A stretch of DNA of 64,000 nucleotides from an uncultured Ruminococcus sp. Lineage in GTDB: Bacteria > Bacillota > Clostridia > Oscillospirales > Acutalibacteraceae. This document shows positions 10,477-18,963 of the stretch, piece by piece (the stretch's first letter is position 1; every line of letters starts with the position of its first letter). Position numbers and translations under genes: made by a program. The notes below the pieces were generated by a model, which ran no database searches, was not told where the DNA came from, and saw only the letters and a list, made by a program, of their open reading frames with translations. Location: positions 92,163-156,162 of the forward strand of contig CACWOX010000002.1 in assembly GCA_902762615.1 (NCBI GenBank). Reading direction: 5' to 3'.

Positions 10477-11181
10477 TCAGCTCCAGCGGCGTTTTTCCAG
10501 CACACGCACGGTCAGGAAGATAAATGAGGCGGCTATGCTGACAAAGAAAATAATGCTCGACATATCCAGTATGCCGCTTGTGAAGGGCTTGTACCGTCCG
10601 ACAAACGAGATATTGTTTACCAACGCAACGATAAAATCATTGCTCGTCACAAGCGGAATAACGTCGAGAATGATAAAAATGGTTGCAATCGAAAATGAAC
10701 CCATTCCGGCGACAAACTGGCTCTCAGTCATGGATGAGATGAACATGCCTATTCCGATAAATGCCGCTCCGAACAGTATCGCTCCGAAAATATTCCCGAT
10801 GATCAGCGCCCACGAAGGCGAGGTGAAAAAGCTGAACACTATCGCGTATATGACAGTAAAGAGCGTGCAGCCGGTGTAAATGGTCAGCGCGGAAAAGAAT
10901 TTGCCCAGTACCAGCGGTGTGATATTGATGGGCGACGTCAGGAGAATCTGATCGGTCTTATACTTGCGCTCCTCGCTGAAAAGCCGCATGGTGACAAGCG
11001 GCAGCATTAGCAGCACAATATTGAGCATTCCGTAATAAATCTGCGGAAATTCTGACGATTGCCCTACCGACAGCACCGAATTGAAATACATTCCGCTGAA
11101 AAACAGGTATATCGCACAGAACAAATACCCTATCGGAGAGCGGAAGCAGGCGCTCAGTTCTCTTTTATAAATTGCCTTCAT
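10477..11181 (-). CDS. ABC-2 type transporter permease
   Basis: 234 aa and polytopic (about 6 TM). N-terminus MKAIYKRELSACFRSPIGY is typical of the ABC-2/GldF-like family. Confidence 0.8.
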   Translation of the reverse strand: MKAIYKRELSACFRSPIGYLFCAIYLFFSGMYFNSVLSVGQSSEFPQIYYGMLNIVLLMLPLVTMRLFSEERKYKTDQILLTSPINITPLVLGKFFSALTIYTGCTLFTVIYAIVFSFFTSPSWALIIGNIFGAILFGAAFIGIGMFISSMTESQFVAGMGSFSIATIFIILDVIPLVTSNDFIVALVNNISFVGRYKPFTSGILDMSSIIFFVSIAASFIFLTVRVLEKRRWS

Positions 11182-11210
11182 CTGACAACACAGCTCCTTA
11201 TTTATTAAAA

Positions 11211-12140
11211 TTACTTATTATCAACCAGCGACATAAATATGTCCTCAAGCGAATATTCTCTTTGCCGCATCTCGACGATCGGGATTTTCTTTGCCGCCAT
11301 CGCAAAGAAGATGTCCTGCCGCGCACTTTCGGAGGAAAATACGGTCACGCTGAACTCTGAGATGCCGCCCTGCTCCGAGAGCTTGGAACACCGCTTGACA
11401 GTCTTGACCGAATTGAGAACCGACTGTATCTCGCTTGCATTTCCCACAGCCTTGATGATCAGGGAATTGCCGTCGGTCAGACGGTCGCTCAGGCTCTGCG
11501 ACGTGCTGTCGGCAACCAGCTTTCCGTTGTTGAGCACAATGATTCTGTCGCAGATCGCCTGCACCTCGCTGAGAATGTGCGAGGACAGAATGACCGTGTG
11601 CTTCTGCCCGAGCTTTTTGATAAGCGAACGCACCTCTATGATCTGCTTGGGGTCAAGACCCACTGTCGGTTCGTCTAGAATCAGCACCGGCGGATTGCCC
11701 ACAAGCGTCTGCGCTATTCCGACACGCTGACGGTAGCCCTTGGACAGATTCCTGATAAGCCTTCCGCGCACCGACGAAATGCCGGTAAGCTCACATATCT
11801 CCTTGAAATGCGCTTCCTTTTTCTGCGTGGCTCGCTTCAGCTCATAAATAAAATCGAGGTACTCATTCACCGTCATATCGGGATAAAGCGGAGGCACCTC
11901 CGGCAGATAGCCTATTCTTTTCTTCGCCTCCGTGGGCTGATCGAGTATGTCGAAGCCGTCTATTGTGACGGTACCCGATGTGGACGAAATATAGCCTGTT
12001 ATGATATTCATGGTCGTGGTCTTGCCGGCGCCGTTCGGTCCCAGAAAACCCGCAATCTCGCCCTTTTTCACCGAGAAGCTCACGTTGTCGAGCGCCAAGG
12101 AAGAGCCGTATTTTTTTGTCAGATTTTTGACATTAATCAT
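11211..12140 (-). CDS. ABC transporter ATP-binding protein
   Basis: Walker A GPNGAGKTT, signature LSKGYRQR and Walker B VLILDEP. Confidence 0.92.
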   Translation of the reverse strand: MINVKNLTKKYGSSLALDNVSFSVKKGEIAGFLGPNGAGKTTTMNIITGYISSTSGTVTIDGFDILDQPTEAKKRIGYLPEVPPLYPDMTVNEYLDFIYELKRATQKKEAHFKEICELTGISSVRGRLIRNLSKGYRQRVGIAQTLVGNPPVLILDEPTVGLDPKQIIEVRSLIKKLGQKHTVILSSHILSEVQAICDRIIVLNNGKLVADSTSQSLSDRLTDGNSLIIKAVGNASEIQSVLNSVKTVKRCSKLSEQGGISEFSVTVFSSESARQDIFFAMAAKKIPIVEMRQREYSLEDIFMSLVDNK

Positions 12141-12252
12141 GAGTTGACCGTCCTAACTTAATTCAAATAAGATGAGAGATACACATTAAGAGAATACCAC
12201 CCGCGATTGATAAATATGTGTACTTATTATAAATATAAAATTAAAATCCGTA

Positions 12253-13131
12253 TTATTCCGGCAGGCTCAGATCGAATTCCGGCACATATTCCTCTGCGGC
12301 CGAAGAAAGCTCCTGCTTAAACCCTGTTATTCCTAAAGAATCGGCAGTATCAAGTACTTTTTCATATTCTGAGGACGTAAGCCTTCGTCCAAGCTCGGGA
12401 AATGCCGCAATATTGCCCGCCGGAGTGTACTGGCTCATTATGCTCACAAGCGTGCCTTCCGGCAGTTCAGAGCTGATTCTGCGCAGCGCCGCGACGGAAT
12501 TCCTCACATTTCTCGGCAGAACCAGATGACGGACAATCACGCCGCGCTTCATTATGCCGTCCTCTATGACGTTTCCTCCGGCTGATTTGCACATGAATTG
12601 AACCGCATTCAACGCAACGGCAGGGTAATCCGGCGCGCAGGCATATTTCGACGCAGTCTCCGCAAGGGCGAATTTGTAATCCGGCAGCCAGATATCAATA
12701 TATTTTGAAAGCGCCTGCAGCGTTTCTGTCCGCTCATATCCTCCGCTGTTCCAGACTAACGGAATGCCCGGGCGGTAGATTTCCAGCGAGCGGATGATCA
12801 CTTCAGCGTATTGCGTTCCGGTCACAAAGCTGATGTTGTGTGCGCCTTGTCTCTCCAGCTCACGCATTATTTCCGCAAGTCCCTCAGGCGTTACAGCCCG
12901 TCCTCTCACCTCGGAGGATATGGCATAATTCTGACAGAAGGCGCACCCTAAGCAGCAGCCGGAGAAGAAAATCGTACCCGAACCGCAGTTGCCGCTTATC
13001 ACGGGTTCCTCCCACATATGCAGCGCTGCCCGCGAGATGACCGGCTCTGTGCCGCACCCGCAGAATCCTTCGCCGCGCAGTCTGCCCCTTGCAGCTCCGC
13101 ACATTCTCGGGCAGAGATTGCATTTGTCCAT
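12253..13131 (-). CDS. Radical SAM protein, PflX / COG1313-like (putative activase, function unknown)
   Basis: CxxxCxxC motif in SGCCLGCAFCQN, plus an N-terminal Cys cluster CNLCPRMC. ATG 13131 is preferred because AGGAGGG lies 7 nt upstream; the ORF-track start 13152 is TTG. Confidence 0.75.
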   Translation of the reverse strand: MDKCNLCPRMCGAARGRLRGEGFCGCGTEPVISRAALHMWEEPVISGNCGSGTIFFSGCCLGCAFCQNYAISSEVRGRAVTPEGLAEIMRELERQGAHNISFVTGTQYAEVIIRSLEIYRPGIPLVWNSGGYERTETLQALSKYIDIWLPDYKFALAETASKYACAPDYPAVALNAVQFMCKSAGGNVIEDGIMKRGVIVRHLVLPRNVRNSVAALRRISSELPEGTLVSIMSQYTPAGNIAAFPELGRRLTSSEYEKVLDTADSLGITGFKQELSSAAEEYVPEFDLSLPE

Positions 13132-13221
13132 CGCTTTCCCTCCTATCAGCAAAATCGGCAGGCTGCGGCATAATGGCTGCCGTATCCCGCCGATATTTTT
13201 TATATAACAATGATGAATTTT

Positions 13222-14124
13222 TTATTGTGCGTCAGTATGAGCGCAACCGCTTACTGTATCAGCCGCATCGTCTGTCTCCTGCACGTCGTTTCCGCCAATC
13301 TCATTCAGCGTCTTTCTGTGGTCAAGACCGTCGTATGTTATTTTGAGCGTGTGTGAAATATTGTACTTCCTGCCGCATATCCCACAGCGGTACTTGGCAT
13401 AATGCTTCTTGTTTTTGCAGGTGAACCGCGTCAGCCTCTTCATGAATGCGCCGCATTCGGGACACTCGGTCATAAAGTCGGAGAAAACAACCTGCTCGTC
13501 TTCCAGATCCTGCAGGTTATAGCACTTGAAATTCATGCGCTCATAAAAAACCGGGTCGGCTTTCTTTACGAACATACCAAACAGCTCAGGTGTGAAGAGC
13601 TTTGCAAAACACCTTGCGGTTAATCTGCTGTCATTGAGCGCACGGTGAAGCTGATCCTCTCCTATCTCAACCCCGACAAGCTCCGCGAAGGCTGAAAGTC
13701 CCACCTGCTTGGCGAGCGAAATGTCCACCGCCTTCTGACAAAGCTGCTGGGCGTCGCAGTAATTTTTGATAATGTAAATCTCATCCAGCATATCATATCG
13801 CTTGAGATTCTCATACAGCACACTTATATCGGAATTGCCCCAGGAAAGCATGCAATTGTCTCCTGTGCCTATCCACGCCTTCAGTTTTTTAAATACCGTA
13901 ATAAATCCGTCGGCATTTTTAAGGTCCTCGTTGGTGATGTGCGTCAGTTCTTTGATTCTTCCTCTTAGTTTTTTGGTTTGCTTTGGAGATACAAGCGTCT
14001 GAAATTCGCTTGTTATATTCATCTGATCATCCAGAGCCACCGCGCCGATCTCAATTATCTCGTCGAAATAGCCTGATCGGGTGGAAGCGCCGTTCCATTC
14101 AAGATCCATTATTATGTACTTCAT
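13222..14124 (-). CDS. DEDDh 3'-5' exonuclease (KapD/ERI-1-like) with a C-terminal zinc ribbon
   Basis: Exo I MDLEWNG, EIIEIGAV, and the HRALNDS (Exo III, DEDDh) motif. The C-terminus carries CPECG ... CGICG. Confidence 0.75.
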   Translation of the reverse strand: MKYIIMDLEWNGASTRSGYFDEIIEIGAVALDDQMNITSEFQTLVSPKQTKKLRGRIKELTHITNEDLKNADGFITVFKKLKAWIGTGDNCMLSWGNSDISVLYENLKRYDMLDEIYIIKNYCDAQQLCQKAVDISLAKQVGLSAFAELVGVEIGEDQLHRALNDSRLTARCFAKLFTPELFGMFVKKADPVFYERMNFKCYNLQDLEDEQVVFSDFMTECPECGAFMKRLTRFTCKNKKHYAKYRCGICGRKYNISHTLKITYDGLDHRKTLNEIGGNDVQETDDAADTVSGCAHTDAQ

Positions 14125-14252
14125 CGGGCTAAAATTTATCTAATGCCAATTTTCATCTCACTGAGAAGGGCAATCCTTTCTATAGAATCAAGTCATCTAT
14201 ATATTTTACATCAATCACGCGACAAAATCAACCCTAATATGAAAATATAATG

Positions 14253-15032
14253 CTATATTTTGACACGGTAAAGCTGCGCCGCATTTCGGGCAGTGATTTC
14301 CAGCAGACTTTCCACGTCGACATTGCGCAAATGGGCTATGAATTCCGCGACAGATCTTATCATCCACGATTCGCTGCGCCTGCATTTTTCCTTCCCTGTG
14401 CGGAATGGACGCGGAATCAGGTACGGCGCGTCAGTTTCCAGCACCAGACGGTCGAGAGGTACGTATTTTGCCACTTCCACAGGCTTGACCGCGTTTAATG
14501 CCGTCACCGAGCCGCCTAAGCCAATGTACAGCCCCATATTCAGCGCTTCCCGTGCCAATTCAACGCTTCCGGAAAAACAGTGCATTACGCCCTCCGGCTT
14601 ATAATGCCGGAGCATATCGTACATATCGCCGTGAGCCTCGCGGTCATGGATAACGACCGGATATTTTTCCTGCTCCGCAAGCTCCAGCTGCATGGCAAAG
14701 GCGTGCTTCTGAATATCCTTGTTGTCTGTGCGCCGATAGTAATCCAACCCAATTTCACCGACGGCTACCGCCTTTTCGTCTGCAAGCATCCTGCGCAATC
14801 CGTCACTAAAACGGTCCTCCCAGCTGTCGGCGCAGCATGGGTGAATTCCAACGGCGGCATAGACAAAATCATATTTGCCGGCAAGCTCCACGCACTCGGC
14901 AGCACTTTGCATATTCTCTGAAGGACAGACTATGGCACGCACGTCCTGTTCCTTGTGCATCCGCATAAGAAGCTCGTCCCTGTCGTCATCGAATGCATCA
15001 GAATAATAATGCGCGTGACTGTCAAATATCAT
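14253..15032 (-). CDS. tatD: TatD family metal-dependent hydrolase / DNase
   Basis: N-terminal FDSHAHY, plus GEIGLDY, VVIHDREAH, HCFSGS and LLETDAPY motifs. Confidence 0.9.
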   Translation of the reverse strand: MIFDSHAHYYSDAFDDDRDELLMRMHKEQDVRAIVCPSENMQSAAECVELAGKYDFVYAAVGIHPCCADSWEDRFSDGLRRMLADEKAVAVGEIGLDYYRRTDNKDIQKHAFAMQLELAEQEKYPVVIHDREAHGDMYDMLRHYKPEGVMHCFSGSVELAREALNMGLYIGLGGSVTALNAVKPVEVAKYVPLDRLVLETDAPYLIPRPFRTGKEKCRRSESWMIRSVAEFIAHLRNVDVESLLEITARNAAQLYRVKI

Positions 15033-15049
15033 AATGAATCTATCCCCCT

Positions 15050-15095
15050 AAAAAAGCCGACAGGCACCGACTTAAAACTATGTCAAGTGCCTGTC
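15050..15095 (-). terminator. Rho-independent terminator after degV
   Basis: Minus strand: 9-bp stem GACAGGCAC / GTGCCTGTC, followed by GGCTTTTTT. Confidence 0.65.
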
Positions 15096-15121
15096 ATGAA
15101 AAGCATAATACATCAAATCAT

Positions 15122-16024
15122 TTATCTGTGATCGCCATAGAAGAAAAGCGCCAGAACCCCGGGACCGGCATGTGCTCCAATAACCGGTCCGATGTTGCCC
15201 ATAATCACCTTTTTAACGCCCTTCACGCGCTTTTTGACCTCACCCACCAGATACTCTGCGTCGCTGCGGCAGCCGCCCTGGCAAATCATGATGGTATCGT
15301 ACTCTCCGGTGAAGGTTTCCACCATTTTATCAACCATTGCGTTAAGTGATGCTTTGCGCCCTCTTACCTTGGTAATATTGATAAGATGACCTTCGTCATC
15401 GACGTGCAGCACGGGCTTTATATTGAGCGCAGAGCCTACAATTGCGGTGGCAGCCGATACTCTGCCGCCTCTTTTGAGATGGTGCAGATCGTCCACGGTG
15501 AACCAGTGACAGAGATGAAGGCGATTATCCTCAACCCACTTGGCAAGCTCCTCAAGTCCCATGCCCTTCTTTTTGTGCTGTGCGGCAAAGTAAACCAGCA
15601 ACCCCTCGCCCATGGAAGCGGCAAGGGAATCCACCGACACAATGGTGCGATCGGGGTATTTTTCTTTAAGCTCATTGATGGCAATCAAAGAATTATTGTA
15701 GGTGCCGCTGAGTCCGGAGGAAAAGCTGATATAGAGAATGTCAAGTCCTTTTTCAAGGTATTCGCTGAAATACTCGCAGAAGTCCACCACATTGATCTGG
15801 GAGGTCTTGGGCATTTTTCCGGCACGCATGACGTCGTAAAAATCGTCCGACTTCATCTCGCGCTCATCGGGGAAATTCCTGTATGTCAGACCGTCCAGCT
15901 CGAACTGCATAGGCCACACCTTTACGCCAATCTCATCGGCAATATCCTGCGAAATATCGGTCGTGGAATCGGTCAGAATTACATAATCTCTTTCTTTCAA
16001 AAAATCACCTTCATTTTGTCGCAA
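15122..16024 (-). CDS. DegV family fatty-acid-binding protein
   Basis: Motifs ILTDSTTDI, TSQ and GPGVLALFF are typical of DegV. Start is uncertain: TTG 16024, or TTG 16000 behind GAAGGTGA. Confidence 0.88.
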   Translation of the reverse strand: MRQNEGDFLKERDYVILTDSTTDISQDIADEIGVKVWPMQFELDGLTYRNFPDEREMKSDDFYDVMRAGKMPKTSQINVVDFCEYFSEYLEKGLDILYISFSSGLSGTYNNSLIAINELKEKYPDRTIVSVDSLAASMGEGLLVYFAAQHKKKGMGLEELAKWVEDNRLHLCHWFTVDDLHHLKRGGRVSAATAIVGSALNIKPVLHVDDEGHLINITKVRGRKASLNAMVDKMVETFTGEYDTIMICQGGCRSDAEYLVGEVKKRVKGVKKVIMGNIGPVIGAHAGPGVLALFFYGDHR

Positions 16025-16081
16025 AAAAATATAATCTCTTTGAGCAATAATATTATAACTGTAAACGCAGCTGTTGTATTC

Positions 16082-16110
16082 ATTATATCACAATTCACTC
16101 ATTAAGTAAA
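16082..16110 (-). promoter_or_regulatory. Sigma-A-type promoter upstream of degV
   Basis: Minus strand: TTTACT, 17-nt spacer, TGaTATAAT (extended -10). Confidence 0.45.
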
Positions 16111-16188
16111 GCGCATTGGTAAAAAAGATTGAGCACTCAACATCCAAACAATTATCAACACATTTGTACAATATACACTTCATGCGAT

Positions 16189-17655
16189 TTACCATTTGCA
16201 GCTTTTCGCACAATCGCGCACACATTGCTTCATATCCTCGGGAATGAGATTTACCTCGTCAAAATAATCGGCATAAATATTCGGGCTGTCCTTGTACTTT
16301 TGATAGGCAGGCGTTGTCATGTAGTATTCCAGCAGATAAGGCAGCTTATCTCCCCTTGCAAGCCGCTTGGATATGGCAAGGCACATGGCGAAATTGATCT
16401 CGTCCACACTGCCCACACATTCAAAGGGCTTGGATTCGTGCAAGCCGATCAGCTGCTCAAAATATCCCTTCATCTTGTCGCTGCCTGAATTGAGCAGATT
16501 GATGCGGAATATATCCTTTATCTCGTCGTCACTGAGAAACGGCGAAAGAATCATCACAACAAACAGGCACTTCGAGCAATCCAGACACCATGTGTCAAAT
16601 TTCGTTCCGGCGTTGCCCGCGTTGCAGCTGCGAAATACCGGGTGGTATTCCTTCAGCTCCGCAAAAATCGCCGCGATCTGTATCTCGGAAAGCGGACGCA
16701 GCAGACTGAAATATTTTACCCCGCAGGGAATGAATTTGTTGAGGTATTCCGCAAAGTCCTTCTCAAATTCAAAGCTCTTGGAATACTGGTGATTAACGTC
16801 GCTGCCAGCCACCGAGGCTTCGTTGGCACTGGATTCATTGGAGAGCGCCACGTACTTTTTGCCGCAGATATATGCCGACATCGAGGCGGCAAAGGCGATC
16901 AGCGCCGACAGCGGCGTGTGTCCGTTTAAAAAGCCCTGCTTATTCAGTTCCACGATAGTGCGGTCGAGGTATCTCTTCGGGCGGTAGATATCCTCCGGTC
17001 GATAGCCCGCGAGCAGGGCAGACGCAAACGCCGAATTCCTGTGATTCATCATAAAGCACATATTATCCTGTGTGTTACCGTACTGCGACAGCACATGAAG
17101 CGATACAATCGAATCCTTGCCGCCACCCACCGGAATCATGCAGCCGCTAAGTTTCTTCTTTGATGCAACCGTGCGCTTCCGCTCAACGCCTGCCGTTTCG
17201 ATGGTCATGAAGCGCTTCATATCGGTGTCCACTCCGTTGGTGTAGAAAAACTCGCCCAGTCCGTGATAATAGAGCTTCTTCCACCATTCGATCTGCTCGT
17301 CGCTCAGATAGCCGCATTCCACGCGCACAAGCGGAGGACAGGCTGCCTTCCAGTAGCTCACAAGTTCCACCATACCGAGTGAAAAGATAAATTCCTCAAA
17401 TACCAGATCGTTTCTGTCTATGCCAGTTTCCGGCAATATCCAATATGGATGAAACTCCGTTAATCCCACCGTTTCAAAATGATAGACTACCTTTATTCCG
17501 TTGTCCTGCTCGGTTATGTCATACCCGTGATAGATGAATTCAGGGTATTTTCTGATAAGCTCGTTATATTCCAATGCCAAGCACTCCTTAAATTTTTGAT
17601 TTATTATATTATATACTGATCCTGCCATTATTTCAACACAATATTTTGTGAACAT
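16189..17655 (-). CDS. Uncharacterised PP-loop (adenine nucleotide alpha-hydrolase-like) protein with a C-x12-C-x2-C-x2-C cluster
   Basis: 488-aa ORF. IPVGGGKDSIVSLHVL at about aa 174-189, and SCNAGNAGTKFDTWCLDCSKC at about aa 343-363. I see no convincing SD at either candidate ATG (17655 or 17628). The ORF itself is solid; the product is unknown. Confidence 0.6.
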   Translation of the reverse strand: MFTKYCVEIMAGSVYNIINQKFKECLALEYNELIRKYPEFIYHGYDITEQDNGIKVVYHFETVGLTEFHPYWILPETGIDRNDLVFEEFIFSLGMVELVSYWKAACPPLVRVECGYLSDEQIEWWKKLYYHGLGEFFYTNGVDTDMKRFMTIETAGVERKRTVASKKKLSGCMIPVGGGKDSIVSLHVLSQYGNTQDNMCFMMNHRNSAFASALLAGYRPEDIYRPKRYLDRTIVELNKQGFLNGHTPLSALIAFAASMSAYICGKKYVALSNESSANEASVAGSDVNHQYSKSFEFEKDFAEYLNKFIPCGVKYFSLLRPLSEIQIAAIFAELKEYHPVFRSCNAGNAGTKFDTWCLDCSKCLFVVMILSPFLSDDEIKDIFRINLLNSGSDKMKGYFEQLIGLHESKPFECVGSVDEINFAMCLAISKRLARGDKLPYLLEYYMTTPAYQKYKDSPNIYADYFDEVNLIPEDMKQCVRDCAKSCKW

Positions 17656-17725
17656 AAAGCGGCGTCGCCAAAATAATAAAATAAGAAAACTTAAAAATAG
17701 ATAAAAAATATGTCACTAATAGCTA

Positions 17726-17754
17726 TTGCATTCATGCGCGGTTTACGCTACAAT
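17726..17754 (+). promoter_or_regulatory. Sigma-A-type promoter for nifS-thiI
   Basis: TTGCAT, 17-nt spacer, TACAAT. A second extended -10 (TGgTATAAT) lies at 17759..17767. Confidence 0.55.
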
Positions 17755-17782
17755 ATATTGGTATAATTGTAGATTTAAAGAG

Positions 17783-18943
17783 GTGCTTTTTCTGTCACAG
17801 GAAATATATTTGGACAACAGCGCGACCACTAAGCCTTGTCCCGAGGCAATCGCAGCGGCAAATGAAATGATGCTGCGGTTCTGGGGCAATCCCAGCTCCA
17901 CCCACGCAAAGGGCAACGAGGCGGCGCAAAAGCTCAGAGAAGCCAGGCGCTCCGTTGCTTCGGCAATATCTGCGGCGCCCGAGGAAATATTCTTTACTTC
18001 CGGCGGCACCGAGGCAAACAACATCGCGGTGTTCGGAGCCGCGGCAAAAAACAGGCGTGCAGGCAGACGCATTGTCACCTCCGCGATCGAACATTCCTCT
18101 GTGCTCGACAGCGTAAGCGAGCTGGAAAAACAGGGGTTTGAGGTGATAAGGCTAATGCCGGACATTCACGGGCATATTCCCCCCGAAGCCGTCGCGGAAG
18201 CAGTCAATTCCGACACCGTTCTGATCACAATGATGATGGTCAACAATGAGGTGGGAAGCATTCTCCCGATTGAACACGCTGTGAAGGCGGCAAGGAGAAA
18301 GGCTCCGAAAGCTATCGTTCACTGCGACTGCGTACAGGCATTCGGCAAGATTCCCGTTAACGTCAAAAAGCTCGGCGCGGACATGATTACGCTGTCCGCC
18401 CACAAGATAGCTTCGCCAAAGGGCTGCGGCGCCCTTTACAAGCGTAAGGGGCTGCATATTCCGTCCCTTACCTTCGGGGGGCATCAGGAGGACTCCTTCC
18501 GTCCAGGGACCGAGGCGGCTCCGCTCATTGCCGCATTCGGCGCGGCGGCTGCCATTGCCTGCGATAAAACAGGCATGAGCAAAAGATATTCCACAGTGAA
18601 GACTCTGAGAGATTATACCATTGAAAAACTCGGCAAAATCAACGGAATTGTGTTCAACAGTCCCGACGACGCTCTCCCCTACATCGTCAATTTCAGCACC
18701 CGCTGCGTCAAGGCGGAAACAATGCTCAATTTTCTCTCGGAACGCGGCATTTATGTTTCGGGCGGCTCCGCCTGCGCCAAGGGAGAGCCGAGTCACGTCA
18801 TCAAGGCGCTTGACCTGCCCAGAGACGCGGCAGACAGCGCAATACGAGTCAGCTTCAGCGCCGGCAACACAACAGATGAAGTTGATGCCCTGGCGGAGGC
18901 AGTAGCCGAGGGAATCAACAAACTGGCGCATTTTGCTTATTGA
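17783..18943 (+). CDS. nifS: Cysteine desulfurase (NifS/IscS class, PLP-dependent)
   Basis: IYLDNSATT N-terminus, SAHKIASPKGCGALY (PLP Lys) and GGSACAKGEPSHV (active-site Cys loop). Start is uncertain (GTG 17783 or CTG 17792 after AAAGAGGTG). The ORF-track TTG 17726 coincides with the -35 box. Confidence 0.88.
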   Translation: MLFLSQEIYLDNSATTKPCPEAIAAANEMMLRFWGNPSSTHAKGNEAAQKLREARRSVASAISAAPEEIFFTSGGTEANNIAVFGAAAKNRRAGRRIVTSAIEHSSVLDSVSELEKQGFEVIRLMPDIHGHIPPEAVAEAVNSDTVLITMMMVNNEVGSILPIEHAVKAARRKAPKAIVHCDCVQAFGKIPVNVKKLGADMITLSAHKIASPKGCGALYKRKGLHIPSLTFGGHQEDSFRPGTEAAPLIAAFGAAAAIACDKTGMSKRYSTVKTLRDYTIEKLGKINGIVFNSPDDALPYIVNFSTRCVKAETMLNFLSERGIYVSGGSACAKGEPSHVIKALDLPRDAADSAIRVSFSAGNTTDEVDALAEAVAEGINKLAHFAY

Positions 18944-18963
18944 TTAAAACAGGAGGAAAACCC

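Noticed and set aside
17726-17782. ORF-track start (TTG 17726) for the cysteine desulfurase, and similarly TTG 6318 for the hydrolase.
   Set aside because: Both TTGs are the first bases of near-consensus -35 hexamers (TTGCAT and TTGACA) with a 17-nt spacer to a -10 box. The encoded N-terminal extensions have no homology to the respective families.
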